This document shows, piece by piece, positions 49,081 to 63,578 of a stretch of DNA of 64,000 nucleotides (position 1 is the stretch's first letter; each line of letters starts with the position of its first letter). Under the pieces are notes generated by a model that searched no databases, was not told where the DNA came from, and worked only from the letters and a program-made list of their open reading frames with translations. This stretch comes from Paraspadella gotoi (lineage: Eukaryota; Animalia; Chaetognatha). The position numbers and the translations under genes are program-made. The stretch is taken from contig CM119264.1 in the NCBI GenBank assembly GCA_051294375.1, positions 4,456,862 to 4,520,861 on the forward strand. Reading direction: 5' to 3'.

Positions 49081-52000
49081 AGCCACTGCAAAATAAATCT
49101 GTGTCGCGAAATCAATATTTAGTTAAATAAATAAATGATATTAAAATTAGGCAANNNNNNNNNNNNNNNNNNNNNNNNNATGAAACGCAGGACGAAACCA
49201 CAATGATCGACCGCACAAGACGACCACAATCCTCTGATTCCCTAACCGGACTGCCCATGCGGCCCCGGTGGACATTAAACGAGGAGATTCGGCCGCCTCG
49301 ATTCCGCATCCGGAAGATATCTTTCCTGCCTTCTTTCTTTTCTTTTCTGGGGAATTGTCTCGGAATGAAGCGAATGGGAATTGGGGGGGCGGCCGGGGTT
49401 GAGCCAGGGGGGTTGGGGAGGGCAGGGGGGCGGGCGATACGTGTCGGCTCGATTCTGTCGAATCGTCGTTATGAGGCCTACGATCCTCATACCTCCTCTT
49501 CCCCTCCCTCTTCCCGAAAGGATCCGCTTGCCTTTTTTAGTCCGCACTCTCCGAGGTTCTGCGAAGTTCTAACTACTTCCTTCTTTTTCTAATACTTATT
49601 CGCGGCCAGGGACTTTCTTCAATAAAGCACTAACCGTGCGATAGTAGAGTCTTCTTCTTGCATGGCGCCCAAGTTTTGTTGCCTCTGAACATTTACACCA
49701 GCCGACATAAACGCGCTAGGCCATGTGCTCTAGCGCGCACTGCATAAAAAAAAACCGGAGAAAAAAATGCCATCCGTTATTACTCTCGAAACAACAAAGA
49801 ATGTTAAAATGACAAGAAAAAAAACGAACAAAATTCTCTCCAAACTTCTCCGCGAATTTTTTTTTTGGATAAAAAACAAACTTTTCATCCATACCAGCCT
49901 TCATTCCGACTTCCTTTTTTCCCTCTAATTTTTGAATGGGATTTGCCGCAATGCCGCGGAAATTGTTTTCTACACTGCGGCACCAAAAAAACTGTAAGCG
50001 ACAACTAGCAGACACGGCATCCTATCTTTTTCTTTAATCAAGTCGCCGTCGTTAGCGCGTTCCTTTTCCGTGACCCGCCGACAACGCCTTTTCCCTTCTT
50101 GAATTCGAATCTTCCGCAGTGGCGACAAAACCGTCGACTTCCGGCCTTTGCGTTTATCGGACTTTAAGAAACAACGACTCGGTTTCGATCGATTGGCGTC
50201 GTAATGCAGGAGCGAATGACGCGGACTGTTTTGCGTAATGACTTCGATTCGCCTTCGCTTACTGTTACATTTTCTGGCCGACGACAATACAAAATGTAAA
50301 GAGAATAAAACGATGCGGAAATCGAACCTTTTCGCCTTCTACCGCGCTTCAATCCTCTTTAGTTTCGATAACTCCGATCTTCGGATCAATCGCGTAAACT
50401 CGGCGACTCTGCCAATTTTTTGCGGCTTCTCCCTACATAAAAACACTCGTATTTGCCCGATTTTCGATTATCAATCGTCGCAATCATCAAGCGGACCATA
50501 AATGATCGACATACATTTTCGATAACCGTCGTTTTCCCGCGAATCGTCTTCTCTCTCCCTGCGATCGCCTTACGGAAATTTGTGAGCCGGCGCGCTACCG
50601 TTTGCCCGGATCACATAATCGAACTCGGTTAACTTTATAGAAGAAAAGCTAAAAGCGAAATAAAAAGATTCTTTCTCCGCCTTCCCTCTGAACGGTCGAT
50701 TTATTCTCTTTTTGTTTCTAGACCAAAACAAAATCCTTAAAACTCAAACCGCTAGGCGCCGGAAAAGATGACAAAAAAACCATTAGTTTACTGAACAAAC
50801 CTAGCAAACAAATCACCTCGACAGTTCTGCCTATCGCCCGTCACTCTTTATACCCAAGAATCGACGTCCGTCTTTCGTTCTCTCATCGCCCACCGCCCCC
50901 CTTACGCCCACAGCCCCCGCCCCGCAAAAAAAAAAAATTTAAAAAACGAAAAATAAGCAAAAATTAGCGAAAAAATTCAAAAACATATAATAAATAAAAG
51001 GAAAATAGTTTGAATTCTCCCTTACAAAACGATAACATTTTTTCGGCAACGAACTCGATCAGGCAAGTTTAACCCCTAATTCTATTTTTTCTCTGACTCT
51101 CTGTGTTCCTTATTCTTTTGGATTTACCACAAATCCACCGAACGCTCAATCACCTTCCGTTTCTTAGCCCCTCACGTCAGCGTTAATCACGCACCGCTTC
51201 TCGCTGTCAAGAAAAAGCTCGAAAGTTTCTTAAGTTTTTCGTTCGATCCGGAACAAAAAAATTGACTAAAAATTCCGTGCCGTCAACCGTTTGATTCCGC
51301 TCTCCCCCCCGCCGTGCAGTAAATCGCGGCTGCGCCGTAAAAAAAAAAAATTCGACAAAAGTACGACTTTTGCGAAAACTCTCTCCTCTCTATACTCGTC
51401 AACTTGGTCATCCTTTCTCTCTCTCTCTCTCTGCTCTCTCGTCTCCGTCTCTGCTTTCTCCTCGTCTCTCTCGTCTCCGTCTGCTCTCTCTCGCCGCCGT
51501 TTAATCATCACGGCTCGCCGTAAAAAAAAAAAAAAAAAAAATTCAAAAATAGAGTTTTGCGAAAATTCTCGTCTCTCTGCTCTGCTTACGAACAGAAACA
51601 AAAGAAAAAAAAAAGAAACTTTTCCGATAAATTTGAACCCGTCAACCTCTGCCCCGTTAACCACTCCGCCTCAAAGAATCTCCCCAATTCTGATGGCCCC
51701 ATTTCTCCTCGAGCGAATTCCCTCCAGCTCCGAGTGAAAAGGTCGAAAGGATGAGAAAGCCGAAACTTTTCGTAAGTTTTAATTTTTCTTCCGTTGTCAA
51801 CGGTCATCGCCAATGACAATTGTCCATCTTTTTGCCGGCTCTTGTCGATTGTCATTTCTGACAAACCCCTTAGCGCGATCGTCATGAACCTATCCCAAGG
51901 CTGGTCAGTAACTGACACAGTTGGAATCAATTTGTCACAGAAAAAAAAGTGGCGAGTGCAAACGTCTCCCGAGCTTCTACCCGTCTAGCCAGCAGTGACG

Positions 52001-52899
52001 CGCCCATATGCACGGCCAAATTTGCGTGCTTTTTTCACAGACGTAATAACGGTGTTTGCTTGTTGTTGTTGTTTCTCCCGCCCCCCTCAGCTCTGTCTTA
52101 CTTCTCTTTCTTCTTCCTCAATTAACTGGAAAGTCATTGGTGTCTCGAATTCCGGGCGCGACTTTGAAAAGGATCCACGCACGACCGACTTTTAATTTTT
52201 ATTTTACAGATTGCAACCTGCATACAGCGACTCTTTTAAGAAAATTTGGTCGGTCAGTCAAAATTCTAATAAGTGCTATTTAAACATATAAAGGCCCAAA
52301 CTTTAAATTTTTTTGTTTGATATAAAAACAATTGTTAAAGAACCTCAGTTGCCCTGAATTAAGGTTCAATCTGTATTACTGTTAAACCATATTTCAGTTA
52401 TTACTTAAAAGCAACCAATATATCTTTTGTCTTTGCACAGTGCCAGGTTTATGCGATCATATCAGTACAAATTTATCAATAATTTTATAAATACGGTCGC
52501 TTCCAACAATGTTGCTTTCGTTTTAGTATGCTGAAAAGTTTTTCAGTTGTTCATGCTATCGCACCTTTAAATAACAGAATTTTGGTTTAAGGAAGCAGAT
52601 TCAAAGGCTCCTTTGTCCATACTGTTAGTCATTTGAGCAGAGAAACAAACATTTTAATTCTACCACTCAAGCTCGTTTTCCGAAAAAAAAAGCAATTTGG
52701 CCAATTTATGCTATATATTACAGAAAAAGCTGTCAAAAGTTTAAATTTACTAAATTCTTTAGTCAAGCTAACACTGGAAGAATAAACATATGGCAAGTAA
52801 AATCAAAAGCAACTCTTTTTAGGGCAAAGGGATTTTCCTGGTTTTAATATGATTACTCATGCTTTGCTGAATATATTCAAGCACTCAAGACCTTCTGTG

Positions 52900-55300
52900 A
52901 ACGTTTTTTTCTTCCACAGAGATGTGCTTGAGCGTATGTGAGGGAGAACCAGCTCTCTTTACATGTCTCACAAAGCACATATGGCCCGAAAAGTTTCTTC
53001 ATGAATTTGGGCAGCACAATGAGGCCTTGACAGGAAACAACCATCAACTGACAGAAAAAATCTGTTGAGATTATTGAGGCTGAAATGTGATTTTGATGCA
53101 GCAAATGTTTTAAGTGGTCATCGACGATCTTCAACCAAAGATGACTATGAAAGGAAAAAGAAGATCCACGAGAGAAATTCATGTGCGCCGCTGTAGAAAA
53201 GATGTTATTTGGCTTTACAGCAAGGAAACTTGAAGACTCCACACTTTCCATATGGCAGGGTGATACGCAAGAGATCAGAACCAGGTTTCATTGAAGGTGG
53301 AAATTTCCAAAATGGATAGCTGATAAACTTAGAAATTTTGGGACCTTATAACGACAGTGGTCCTGCACGTGACAAGCAGCTAGTCTAAAATAGAAGAGAG
53401 AAAGGAAAGAAAAATTCTGATTAAACAAAGGCAACAGAGATTAACCGCAAACCCATAGCAACAGCGGACAGCAACAGCAATTACTGGACAAGCCTCGCCT
53501 ACTACTCCAAACTTTCCCTATGGGTTTTGATCGCAGCAGTCTTTAGGGCAGGAAAAAAGTTTCAAAGGGCTCAAAGCTAATCACTGCAAAGAGTATGTCA
53601 ATCCAGAGGCTAAAATCGCCTGAACCACGAGTTTAAAGCTGATAAATTGACAAAAACCCAGGCTACAACAGCCGCAAATTGTAAACTATGAAAAGTCCCA
53701 AAATAGCAATGTGGAGACGGAATTAGTTTTTCGGACCAAGTACTAAGCCCCCTAATGAAGCCTTTCACAGCAAAACAAAGGCTCATAGGGGACCAAATGC
53801 TAGAAATGAGGCGTACTAGACACTGGAATATGAAAGCAGGTTAAGCTTGAATAAGAAGAAGAAAAGAAAAGGTGAACACTGTAGCAATGTGTGATAAACA
53901 ACTGAAAAGAAGTTTTCACAGAGGCACACAAACCTGTGTGGCTACAAGAGGGAGTATAAGGTTTATAAAGACAGGGACATGCGTCAAAACGCGACAAAAT
54001 CCCTCGTTTCAACAATGCTGAGATAGAAGCATTTTCCTCTTAGGCCTTATGTGAATGGGTCAAATGAAGACCAAGCAATATCCTTGACAATATTCCGCAA
54101 CAGAATGTGCGAGGTGCGTCACTGTTACAAATTGCTGAGCCGAGTTGCAGGACGATAGGCCAGGCTTAGCGATGCTAGCTACAGAGCAAAAAGTGATGAG
54201 ATGCCTTCATGTTGTTGAATTATGTTGGGTTAATATAGATACAGAAATTGAATGAGGTTCTACACGTAGATGGCCCACGCTGGGAGTTGCAACGAATTGT
54301 AAAAGTGGAAGAAAGATGTGGCGGGGCTCCTGCAAAGAATTCGAGTTTCAGTTGGGAAATTCATCGTGCTGTTTAGGCATTACACAAGTCAGGGCAAAAC
54401 AATAGAGGAGGCAGAGGCAAGGCCCTTTTGGCAATCGGGTACCGACTAAGAGACCGAGGTGACTTGGCCTCCTGGAAACGCGAAAAACCCCTGGGAAAGA
54501 AAATGGCACCGTGTTTGCATCGCTCTCCCGCTCATCAACAAGTAGAACTAGAGGCAACATAAGGCAGCACTTCAGCAATTAGTCTGTTTGCCTAGGCAAA
54601 TGTTGGTCAGAGGGCGCCCCTGAATCTGATTGGACCATGTGCGAAACCGCGAGACTCGTCCAACAGTCCGACACATTCAGCACTTTTCTGGTTCATGATA
54701 AGACACGCCAAACGACAAGTTTGTTGGTAGCCTACATTCAGAGTTTTGGGAGGAGCAAAAGCCCTCACTTTTCATGAGTACATTGGAATGAGTCATTAAG
54801 GCTCATGAACTCCAGATTCAATTTTGAAAATTCAATTCAACATGTTACCCTATGAGGAGAAAATGCCTCCCTGTTCTTCAATTAAATCTCTTATGAATAG
54901 GTTCCTAGAATTCGACATTTTGCCTGAAAATGTTTTGAAATTCAAACACTGTAACTTGATATCGCGAATTGAGAGTGGATTCTCATACTTGAGGATCGAT
55001 GAAAGTTGGCCTTTTTACGTCTGCTCTAAGTTTTGGCAACCTGCTGCGCTAACCACCTTTTCTGGGCTTTAGATTCGAAAGGTCTCGTTTTTTATCTTCA
55101 CTTACTTGTAGCTTTCTGAGAGGCAATAGCTTTTGTTTTTTGTAATTGTTGTTTTGTTGTTAATGGAGAAGGAATTTGCCTGGACTTCTCCTTCCATCCT
55201 GCCAGTCATCCGCGCCCAAGCGCCACAAAACCTGCTTCACAAAGACAAAGATTCCACCCTCTTGAAAGCCCCAAATCGTCTGGGTTTTGAAATTTTGTAT
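52900..55300 (-). mobile_element. Probable degenerate Mutator-like (MULE) DNA transposon ORF with a C-terminal PHD finger
   Basis: Minus-strand remnants in order: GGIFVF...DDWQDG (~55190-55260); P-D-L (~54385); T-S-F-N-x-C-x-x-Y-I, resembling the YDTTFNLGDFYVS motif (~54227-54265); DAPRTFC-C-x-(H/N)-IVKDI, resembling the MULE CxxH motif (~54078-54120); PHD-like GPYVLCETCKE-WF (~52945-52990). This is a high-complexity island amid microsatellites. No TIRs were identified. Confidence 0.45.
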
Positions 55301-55569
55301 GCCCCACTTGCACGTCATTCGATATGTTCTTGCCTCGTCACTAAAAAAACTGCCGCCATGAGAAGCGCGTGGAGGTGCCTCTGCTAACCATTCAGCTTTG
55401 TGTGCCGTCGTCGTCATTTTAGTCGTCCTCGTTTCATTGTTGATCGTTGTCGTTTTCATCGTAATCGTCGTCGTCAGCATCGTCGTCGTTCGTCGTCGTC
55501 GTTCATCGTCGTCTTTGTTATCGTCGTCTTCGTCGTTTCATTGTTAATCGCGATTAGCTTAGACGATGT

Positions 55570-55672
55570 TATACTCATCACTATCATCACTCATCGCTCA
55601 TCACTATCATCACTCATCGCTCATCACTATCATCACTCATCACTATCATCACTCATCATTCATCACTATCAT
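55570..55672. repeat. (tcactatcatcactcatcgc)-type minisatellite next to a (TCG)n tract
   Basis: Repeated catcactatcatcact units. Confidence 0.75.
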
Positions 55673-56989
55673 CCTCGTCTAAGTAACGATTTAACATCGT
55701 CATCATCGTTGTTGTTTTTGTTGTTATTCTCTGTCGTCTGTAAGTGAGTTAAAAAAAAAAGATATTGATTCCATCCTGTTCTAGATAGTCGTCGTTGTCG
55801 TCGTCATCGTCGTTGTCGTCTTCGATGTCATCGTCGTCGTTCGAGTGAACTCTGATCCGAGACGAACGACCGGATAAAAGGAAAGAGATTCTTTCCTTTT
55901 TTTTTCTCTCCTTCTTTTCTTCTCTTTTTCTTCCCTTCTTTTCTTTTTTCTTTCCTTCTTTTCTTTTTTCTTTCCTTCTTTTCTTTTTTCTCTCCTTCTT
56001 TCCTTCTTTTTTATCCTTTCTTTCTTTCTTCTCTTTTTTTTTCTTTTTTCTTTTTTTCCTTTCAAGTTACCGAATATTAAACTTATAATTAAACTTAAAA
56101 ATTGTGAATGACAAGAAATAGTTTAAGTTATTCCCGTCTTACTGACAGCAAACGAACGATCGTTATTCGTTGACTCGTCGTCGGTTCGGACGCGAAGGAA
56201 AGAAAGATGGCGTCGTCGTCCGGAAATGGGCGTGGCCGCTCGTCTGCGTCCGAGATCCCGCGAACCTTTTACGTCCTTTTACCGCGTCTCTTTCATTCGG
56301 AGGTCGAAGGAGACGCCGTCGCCATTTTGGAGGAGGAAAGGGAGGAGGAAGGAAAAAAGAAAGAAGGAAAGGGAGGAAAGGTTGAAAATGGCGGAGGAAA
56401 GAAAAGAAAAGAATAAATAGGAGAAAAGGAGGGAGAAGAGGAAGAGAGAGGAAGAGAGGAAAAGGAGGGAAAAAGGAAGAAGTAGGAAAGTGAGGAAAGG
56501 TTGTAAATGGCGGAGGAAAGAGAAAAATAAAAAAGGAGAAAATGAGGAAAGAGAGGAAGGGAGGAAAATGAGGAAATAAAAGAAAAGGAGGAAAAAAGGT
56601 TGAGATAGGAAGGTAAAAAAAAGAGGGAAAAAGGAATGAAAGAGAAGGAAGGAGAGGTGAGAAATGTACGATGATGAAAAGGAAAATAAAGCGTGAAAGA
56701 AGAAGAGAAGATAGGAATTAAGTCGGAGATCATGAAAAAAAGAAAGGGGACGGTTGGGTAATGGTTATTGGACGTGATGGAGAGAGAGAGTTGAAGAGGA
56801 AAAGTTTAGAAAATAAATAAATAAAGGATGGGATTAATAAGGAAAAAGAAAAAAGTGATTGAAATGGTAAATCAGTTTTAAATGGAAGAGTAAATGAAAT
56901 AGAAAAGGGAAAAGAGGAAAATACTAAGGGAAAACACTAAACTGGAAAAAGGAGGATGGGAGGAAAGGAGAAAAGATGAGAAAGAGATG

Positions 56990-57034
<45 letters not shown>

Positions 57035-57227
57035 CGAGAGAGGAGAGGAGGAGAGAGAGAGAGAGAGATGAGAAAAACACGAGGGCAAAGATGACGAAAG
57101 GAAAAAGCAAAAACTCGGAGCAAAGGCGAAAAGAGAGAAAAGTCGTTTGCGCAACTTTGAATACCGCATATAGCGTTTGAAATGTCGTTGCACATATAAG
57201 GACTCTCTCTCTCTCTCTCTCTCTCTC

Positions 57228-57339
<112 letters not shown>

Positions 57340-58460
57340 TACCCTTTCATTAACCACGACGCGTCTTATCCTTTGCGCGTTGCGTGACATCTTCGTTGAA
57401 GGTTTGTTACGTCTTCACGCCCCGCGCGATTTTCTCCTTTCCTCACTCCTCAGGGTAAGTCGCTTATTTTTGCCCCACCGTTTCTTTACTCCACTTGCCC
57501 CCCCATCTCCACAGTCTCCACCAACACGCCCCTTACGGAACGCGCTTTACCCAGCGCGCCGTGGCACAACGCAGTCAGTCACGCCGCCACATACGCTCTC
57601 TTTTCTCTTTAATTTTATGCTAGCTTTTCTCTCACCTCATCAAACAAGGATTAAAAACCACAAACGTTTAAATACACCATGAAAACGAACTTATTTCTCA
57701 TGTTAAAAAGATATGTGAACAACTTCTAAAAAAACAGAAAACGATTTTTTTCCAATGTTGTTTAAAAAAAAATAAAAAACTTTAAAAAAAAACGGGCAAA
57801 CGTTTTTCCAATTGTAAAAAGAGGTTTAAAAAACACCTGATAAACGACTTTTCTAAAGTTAAAAAAGTTGATAAAAAACGTTAAATACAGGATCCAGACG
57901 ATATTTCCAAGAGGATATACAACTTTAAAAACAAAAGAAAAAACGGTTTTTTCCAATGTAAAAAGAGATAAAAAATTTCTAAAACACCCGGGAAAAACGA
58001 TATTTTTAAAGAAAAAGAAATTAAAAACGTTTAGGAACACCTCCAGCGTTTCCCATTCGCGCGCGTTTTTGTCACGCGACGTAAGATTAATGAAGCGTTG
58101 CCAGAGCGACCTTGGCGACGCCGCTTCCTTCCCCGGATTTATGCTAATATATTTTTTTTCGGAGAAGGCGCGGAACGGATTGGGGGTGAGTTACGAAAGC
58201 AGACAGAAAAAAAAAACAGGAATTAAAAAACAAGGAAAAACGTCAATAGTTGGATTTAGCGGCCGTTTGGCGTCTCAACGGACCGATTTATGTTGCACGT
58301 GCTAGCGGTTAATATTTATGTTTCAATGTTTATTTCTACTATGTTTTTTCTCTAGCGATGGAGAGGACGCTTTGTGAATGGTATGGAGGGCTACATTTTT
58401 GATTGACTTGGAAGAGTAATATAATTTGAATTTATGTTTGTGAACGCTATAGCTTTCTTT

Positions 58461-58495
<35 letters not shown>

Positions 58496-58607
58496 CTTCT
58501 TTTCTTTCTTTCTTTCTTCTCTTTCTTTCTTTCTTTCTTTCTTGCTTTTCTTTCACTCAATAATAACCGGTTTGCTAAGAGAAAGATAGACTCTCTCTTC
58601 TCTCTCT

Positions 58608-58668
<61 letters not shown>

Positions 58669-58947
58669 CCAACACTTTTCGCGCTCGTTTTAAAGGTACA
58701 TTTTTTTGGTGTGAGGGTTAATTTTACCCTTTTTGTGTTGGCAAAATGGCTTCATCAGAATTTCATGAACTCGATCGGACAAATAAACATTCATGCCCAC
58801 TTAGCAAATAGAGCCATTACATTGCCGAAGAAGAAAAGCATACAAAAAGCGAGTTGTAAGTGGTCTTTTGCAATTTTTAAAGATATAACTGTGAAAGATT
58901 TATCTGGTTAATTGCAGAGAGGAAGAGAGTAATTCTCTCGTCGTCTG

Positions 58948-58986
<39 letters not shown>

Positions 58987-59239
58987 TCTCTCTCTGCTCT
59001 TCTCTCCCCGCTTATCAGTCTAAGAACTTTTATTTTCTTTATCGACTGCTGTTGTCGTCATCTTCGTCGTTTTCGTCGTCGTCATCGTTGTCGATAAGGT
59101 TAAAAGCGAGGATGATTTCGACGCGTCGGTTGTCATGGAAACGCGCCGCGGCGGTCGAAGATTCATCGGTTCCGACGACCGAGATATATCGACTCTTTTT
59201 TCTTTCTCGGATTAAAGATCGATTACCGTTATTCGTTAT

Positions 59240-59246
59240 TGACGAA

Positions 59247-59279
<33 letters not shown>

Positions 59280-59303
59280 AACGACGACGACGACGACGAT
59301 GAT
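59240..59303. repeat. (GAC)n microsatellite
   Basis: Near-perfect gac run. Confidence 0.9.
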
Positions 59304-62300
59304 GTAACATCCAAACAATACCCTTCGGAATTTTCATCGTCGATGTGTTATACTCCCAGATGTCAGTAACCTGTTGTACTTATTGAACGAATATTAAACG
59401 GTCATGAGCTGATGGCTTTCCCCAATGAGCCATGTCCGTAAATTGATCAAATTGGGTAATCGAATCAGCCCTTTCCGTACACTGTATGCTTCTGAGACTG
59501 TGAGAGAGTCTTGATTGAAAGCTGCTATGTAAGAGTAGGTAAAACTATGTAAGAGTATGAAATTGGTACAACCAATATAAAAATTATCCATTCATTTAAT
59601 AAATAAGCTATCTTGCCCCTGACTTTGGACAGGCTTTGGTGGTTTAAGGCCTCCTGTAAGAGTGATGGAGGCCATAAACCACCTAATCCTGTTCAAAGTC
59701 AAGATAGCCTATTTATTAAATGAATGCATAATTTTTATATTGATTTTACCCATTTCATATTTCTACTGTCGCAGCCATAAAAGATTGCTGTAGCATCGAT
59801 CGGCCGATAAGCTGCAGCAGAAGAAAGAAAGAGGAAGAGACTCGAGTTTAGACCGAAGCGAAGGAAGAATCTTGAGATCGTTGAAAAGGCGATGGGTTCA
59901 TTGGACCCCGGGGAACTCGTCAGCCTCTCAATCGCCATTGGCTGTCCGCTTCTATCCTTGGGTCGACATGAAGCTTATATGAGAATTTCTCCCCTTACAT
60001 CCTCGGGATAACGCGTAGCTTATTCTCATTTTACGATATCTATGACTTTCTGTTCGCTTCGTTCTCTTTTCGCATTTAATCGATTGTAATCCTGGCTTCT
60101 CTTGACCTCAACCATCCTGCTTCTATCCTCGCCTGGCCAATACCTCCTTCTCTTCCCTTTCATCATCTTCTCTCCGCTTCTATCCTCGCTTCTATCCTCT
60201 TGTTTCTCTTCGCTTCTATCCCCGCTTCTATCCTCCGCCTCCTTCTCGTCTCCAACGCAATTCTCCTCAAACGTCACTGGATGCCGTTTGGATCTGCCCG
60301 CTGGGCGGCGGCGATGGTGGCGGCAGCGGCGGCCGTGGCGGCAGAGGCGGCGGCAGCAGCGGCTGCAACTGCGCCGGATGCGGCGGTGGCGGCGAAAGGA
60401 GGGTTGAGGATTATAGGTTGGAAAAACTCTGTGGGGGAGAGACTGGAGAAAGTATGCGATAGAAAGACGACCGATTCAGACTCTGGCCGCCGCCTAAGAC
60501 GCCAGACTCAGCCTGACGATCTCCGATGTCCGACGCCGCCCGACGCCGCCCGACAACGCCTAGTCGCCGCCAAGTCTCCTTCATCGACATTTCGCTGCGG
60601 GAGAGAAGGAATTGGAAGAAACTTGACCGACGCTTTTTTCTTTTCTCAGAAATCTTCGTCTCCCTTCTCTACCCACCGACCTCTAAGAGAAAAAAGGAGG
60701 AGAGGTATTAGAGAATATAGAGATATAAAAAAAAAAACATATATAGATACGCAGAAGATAGATATATAATATATTATATAGATAGATAGAAGATATATAA
60801 GAGAAATATATCTGACAAATAGACAGTATTGTTGAGACTAGCTAAGAGATATAGAGTCGTAACATATAAATGGAGATATGGAGTTCAGAGGGGGGAGATG
60901 GTGAGAGTATATTAAGAAGAAGTGAGAAGTGAGATGGAATTGATTTGAATTGGGGGGATGTAGAGAGCTAATATTATATTATTATATATTAATAGATAGC
61001 AGACCAGAAGATTTTGCTATGTAAAGAATCGGAGGTCATCGATCGGAGGAGATAAAGGAGAGAATGGAGAAGAGCAGGAGGAGAGAGAATTAAGACAACA
61101 GAGAAAGATATAGACGTGCGAAAGCGAAGGAAAGAAATTTGAGTATTCAGTTATGAGCAATCAGAAGGAGGAGCAGAGCATACAGTGGTAGAAGCAACAC
61201 AAAATATTATAAGAAGTTTATATAGAGATAATTATATATTATATATTATAGATATAGTGAGATATAGATACATATTATAAGAGATATACCTTTGCGCGCT
61301 ATGCATGTTCTCGCACTAGAGATAGTGTTGTATAGAGAGATATTATAGAGAGATAGATTTTTGTGCTTCCGATCCACAGAGATATAGGAGAGAGAGATAG
61401 AGCGAATAGCATATATAAATTAGTTGATGGTAGTATGATAGCGACAGATAGAGAGATAGAGAATTATAGATATATTTATATAGAGGATATTATAGAAAGA
61501 ATAGAGAAGCATTTTAGAAATCAGGTGGTACCATCCTGCTCTATCCTCGCACTGGCCAATTACCCGGCTCATTCGCTATCGTGAGAGCCTTATCATAGAT
61601 GCTTATCGGATTCGCGTATATAGATAGATATTATATACAGAGGAGAAAGATATCGACTATCAAACGGTACACAGTTAGTTTGCTGCTATACGCCTTCTAG
61701 AATTTCTCGAACGCTTGACTAGCTATTACTATCCATACATGCACTACTACTTCTTAGTGTTCCACAACGCAATTTGCACTCTCTTGACCAGGACTCCAAA
61801 CACGTCAAACTGGTGCCGCTCTCTTGAGATTCTGCACTCGTCTGGGACCAGAGTGTGGACGATCTCGTGAGCTCGATCGGTCTTGCGAGCAAATTGCGAA
61901 GGGCGGGGCGCACGAAGATGTGAGGGGAGGACCAGGAGGACGACGGAGAGCAGGCGGTAGCCGAGCGGACGATCGCAACCTGAGGCAGACGCCTGGACTG
62001 ATACGAGAGCGCGTGCGGCGAAAGGTAGGGTTGAGTGGATTATTAGGTTGGGAAAAACTCTGTGGGGGAAGTAGGACTGGAGAAAAGTAAATCCGGTTTA
62101 TTACTGCAAATGAGCCGCCAAGAGTATATTTCACGACATACTAAGGAACACCTCCGTGCCTGCGTGAGAGAGCCGGGAAGATGGCGAGAGACTACGAGAT
62201 CCTGAGAAAGGCATCTCGAAGTTAGGGAATAGCGGCGCGAGATGGGGGGCCTGACTCAGCGACGCGCCGGCGCGTCTGGTGCTCTCAGTACGCCGAGTCA

Positions 62301-63410
62301 CGGGCGGGGTGGCAAAGGTGTCTGCGGACTAGTGCATGCGGACGCATTGTGGTTTCTGGGCGAGTGCGGGGAAGGAGAGAGTGTAGAGAGGTGTGGAGGG
62401 AAAGAAGAGCGTATGGACGCGTTAGAAGGACGACTTTTTCCTTTGTTGCTCAGTGAGAGATACGTTACGATCTCCGCTTGCGATAACCCGCAACACGATG
62501 CCTCTCGCCCCTACGCGGCATCCGGCCGTGCCTGATCACAATCATAACGATCCTCTTTGACGCATGTTCCCGCTCGTCTTCCCTCCTTCTTGCCTTTCCT
62601 TTTTTTTTTTGTGTTTTTTGTGCCCCCGCTGTAGATACATATATTAGTTCAAAGTATACCACTTGACACACTTATTTTCCCTAACATTTCAAGCTCACCG
62701 CTTCATTCGGCTACTCGAAAGGCAGAGGAAACTGTTATTCGCTCTAAAAATTTCAAAATCTCGTTTTTATCGGAGAAGAAAATAAGAAAAGGTCGTGTAT
62801 CATATAATCAGAAATTACGCGGTCTGTCTGTCCTCTCTCTGGCGTGCATCGTCTGCTCTCCTTCTTCTCAAAACTGAAGATCGTAAAACGTTCTGGAGAA
62901 ATAGGTGCTATCGTTATGGTCGTTTGTGGGCAAAGAAAATAGTAGAAAGAGGAGGAATGAATTTTAGTCCTGCAGTCCTGGTGTACCTTCCAGTCGTGAT
63001 TATCATCGTTCTGCTTCATTTCGACGATNNNNNNNNNNNNNNNNNNNNNNNNNTGCTTTCCATTTAAAAATCAGTTTTCATCATCTTTCCAAAGATATTT
63101 CATCCCGAACTCTTTCTTTTAAGAACATGTTTTTCCACCCAAAAAAAAACAATACTAATCTTAATTTGTAATATATTTTAATTTAAACATTTTAATTTTA
63201 ATTTGTAAACCAACGAGAATCGAACGAATCCAAGAGATTTTCTCTTCATTTTAAAACCCCATTAAAAACAAAATGATTCTTTTCGATCTAAATATATTTA
63301 AAGAGTCTACATATATATGATTTCATCGTTCATACAAGTGCAACATTCGAAATTTCGAAGACTATGACCTCACCCACTCACCGACCTTTCCCCAACCCTC
63401 ACCTTTCCAG

Positions 63411-63578
63411 AACGTCCGATTCCGCGACGCCGGGAAATACAAATGCAGCAACATCCTGTCCGTGTCTCTCATGGTCATCGGAAGCCCCAAGTGCATGCCG
63501 CGTGCACCGACTCTCTACGAGGGAGAGAAAGCTGTCTTCTATTGTCAGGTCAAGGCGACGACCAACGTCAATCCTCAG
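63411..63578 (+). CDS. IgSF gene exon: end of one Ig domain (D-x-G-x-Y-x-C) and start of the next
   Basis: Acceptor acctttccag at 63410, donor CAG|GTAATG at 63578/63579, 168 nt, phase 0-0. It reads NVRFRDAGKYKCSNILSVSLMVIGSPKCMPRAPTLYEGEKAVFYCQVKATTNVNPQ, containing the F-strand motif DAGKYKC and the next domain's EGEKAVFYC. Confidence 0.85.

Noticed and set aside
60700-61700. AT/AG-rich unique-looking region as a regulatory element
   Set aside because: It is an irregular (TA/GA) mosaic typical of low-quality long-read sequence, lying between two copies of a duplicated block.
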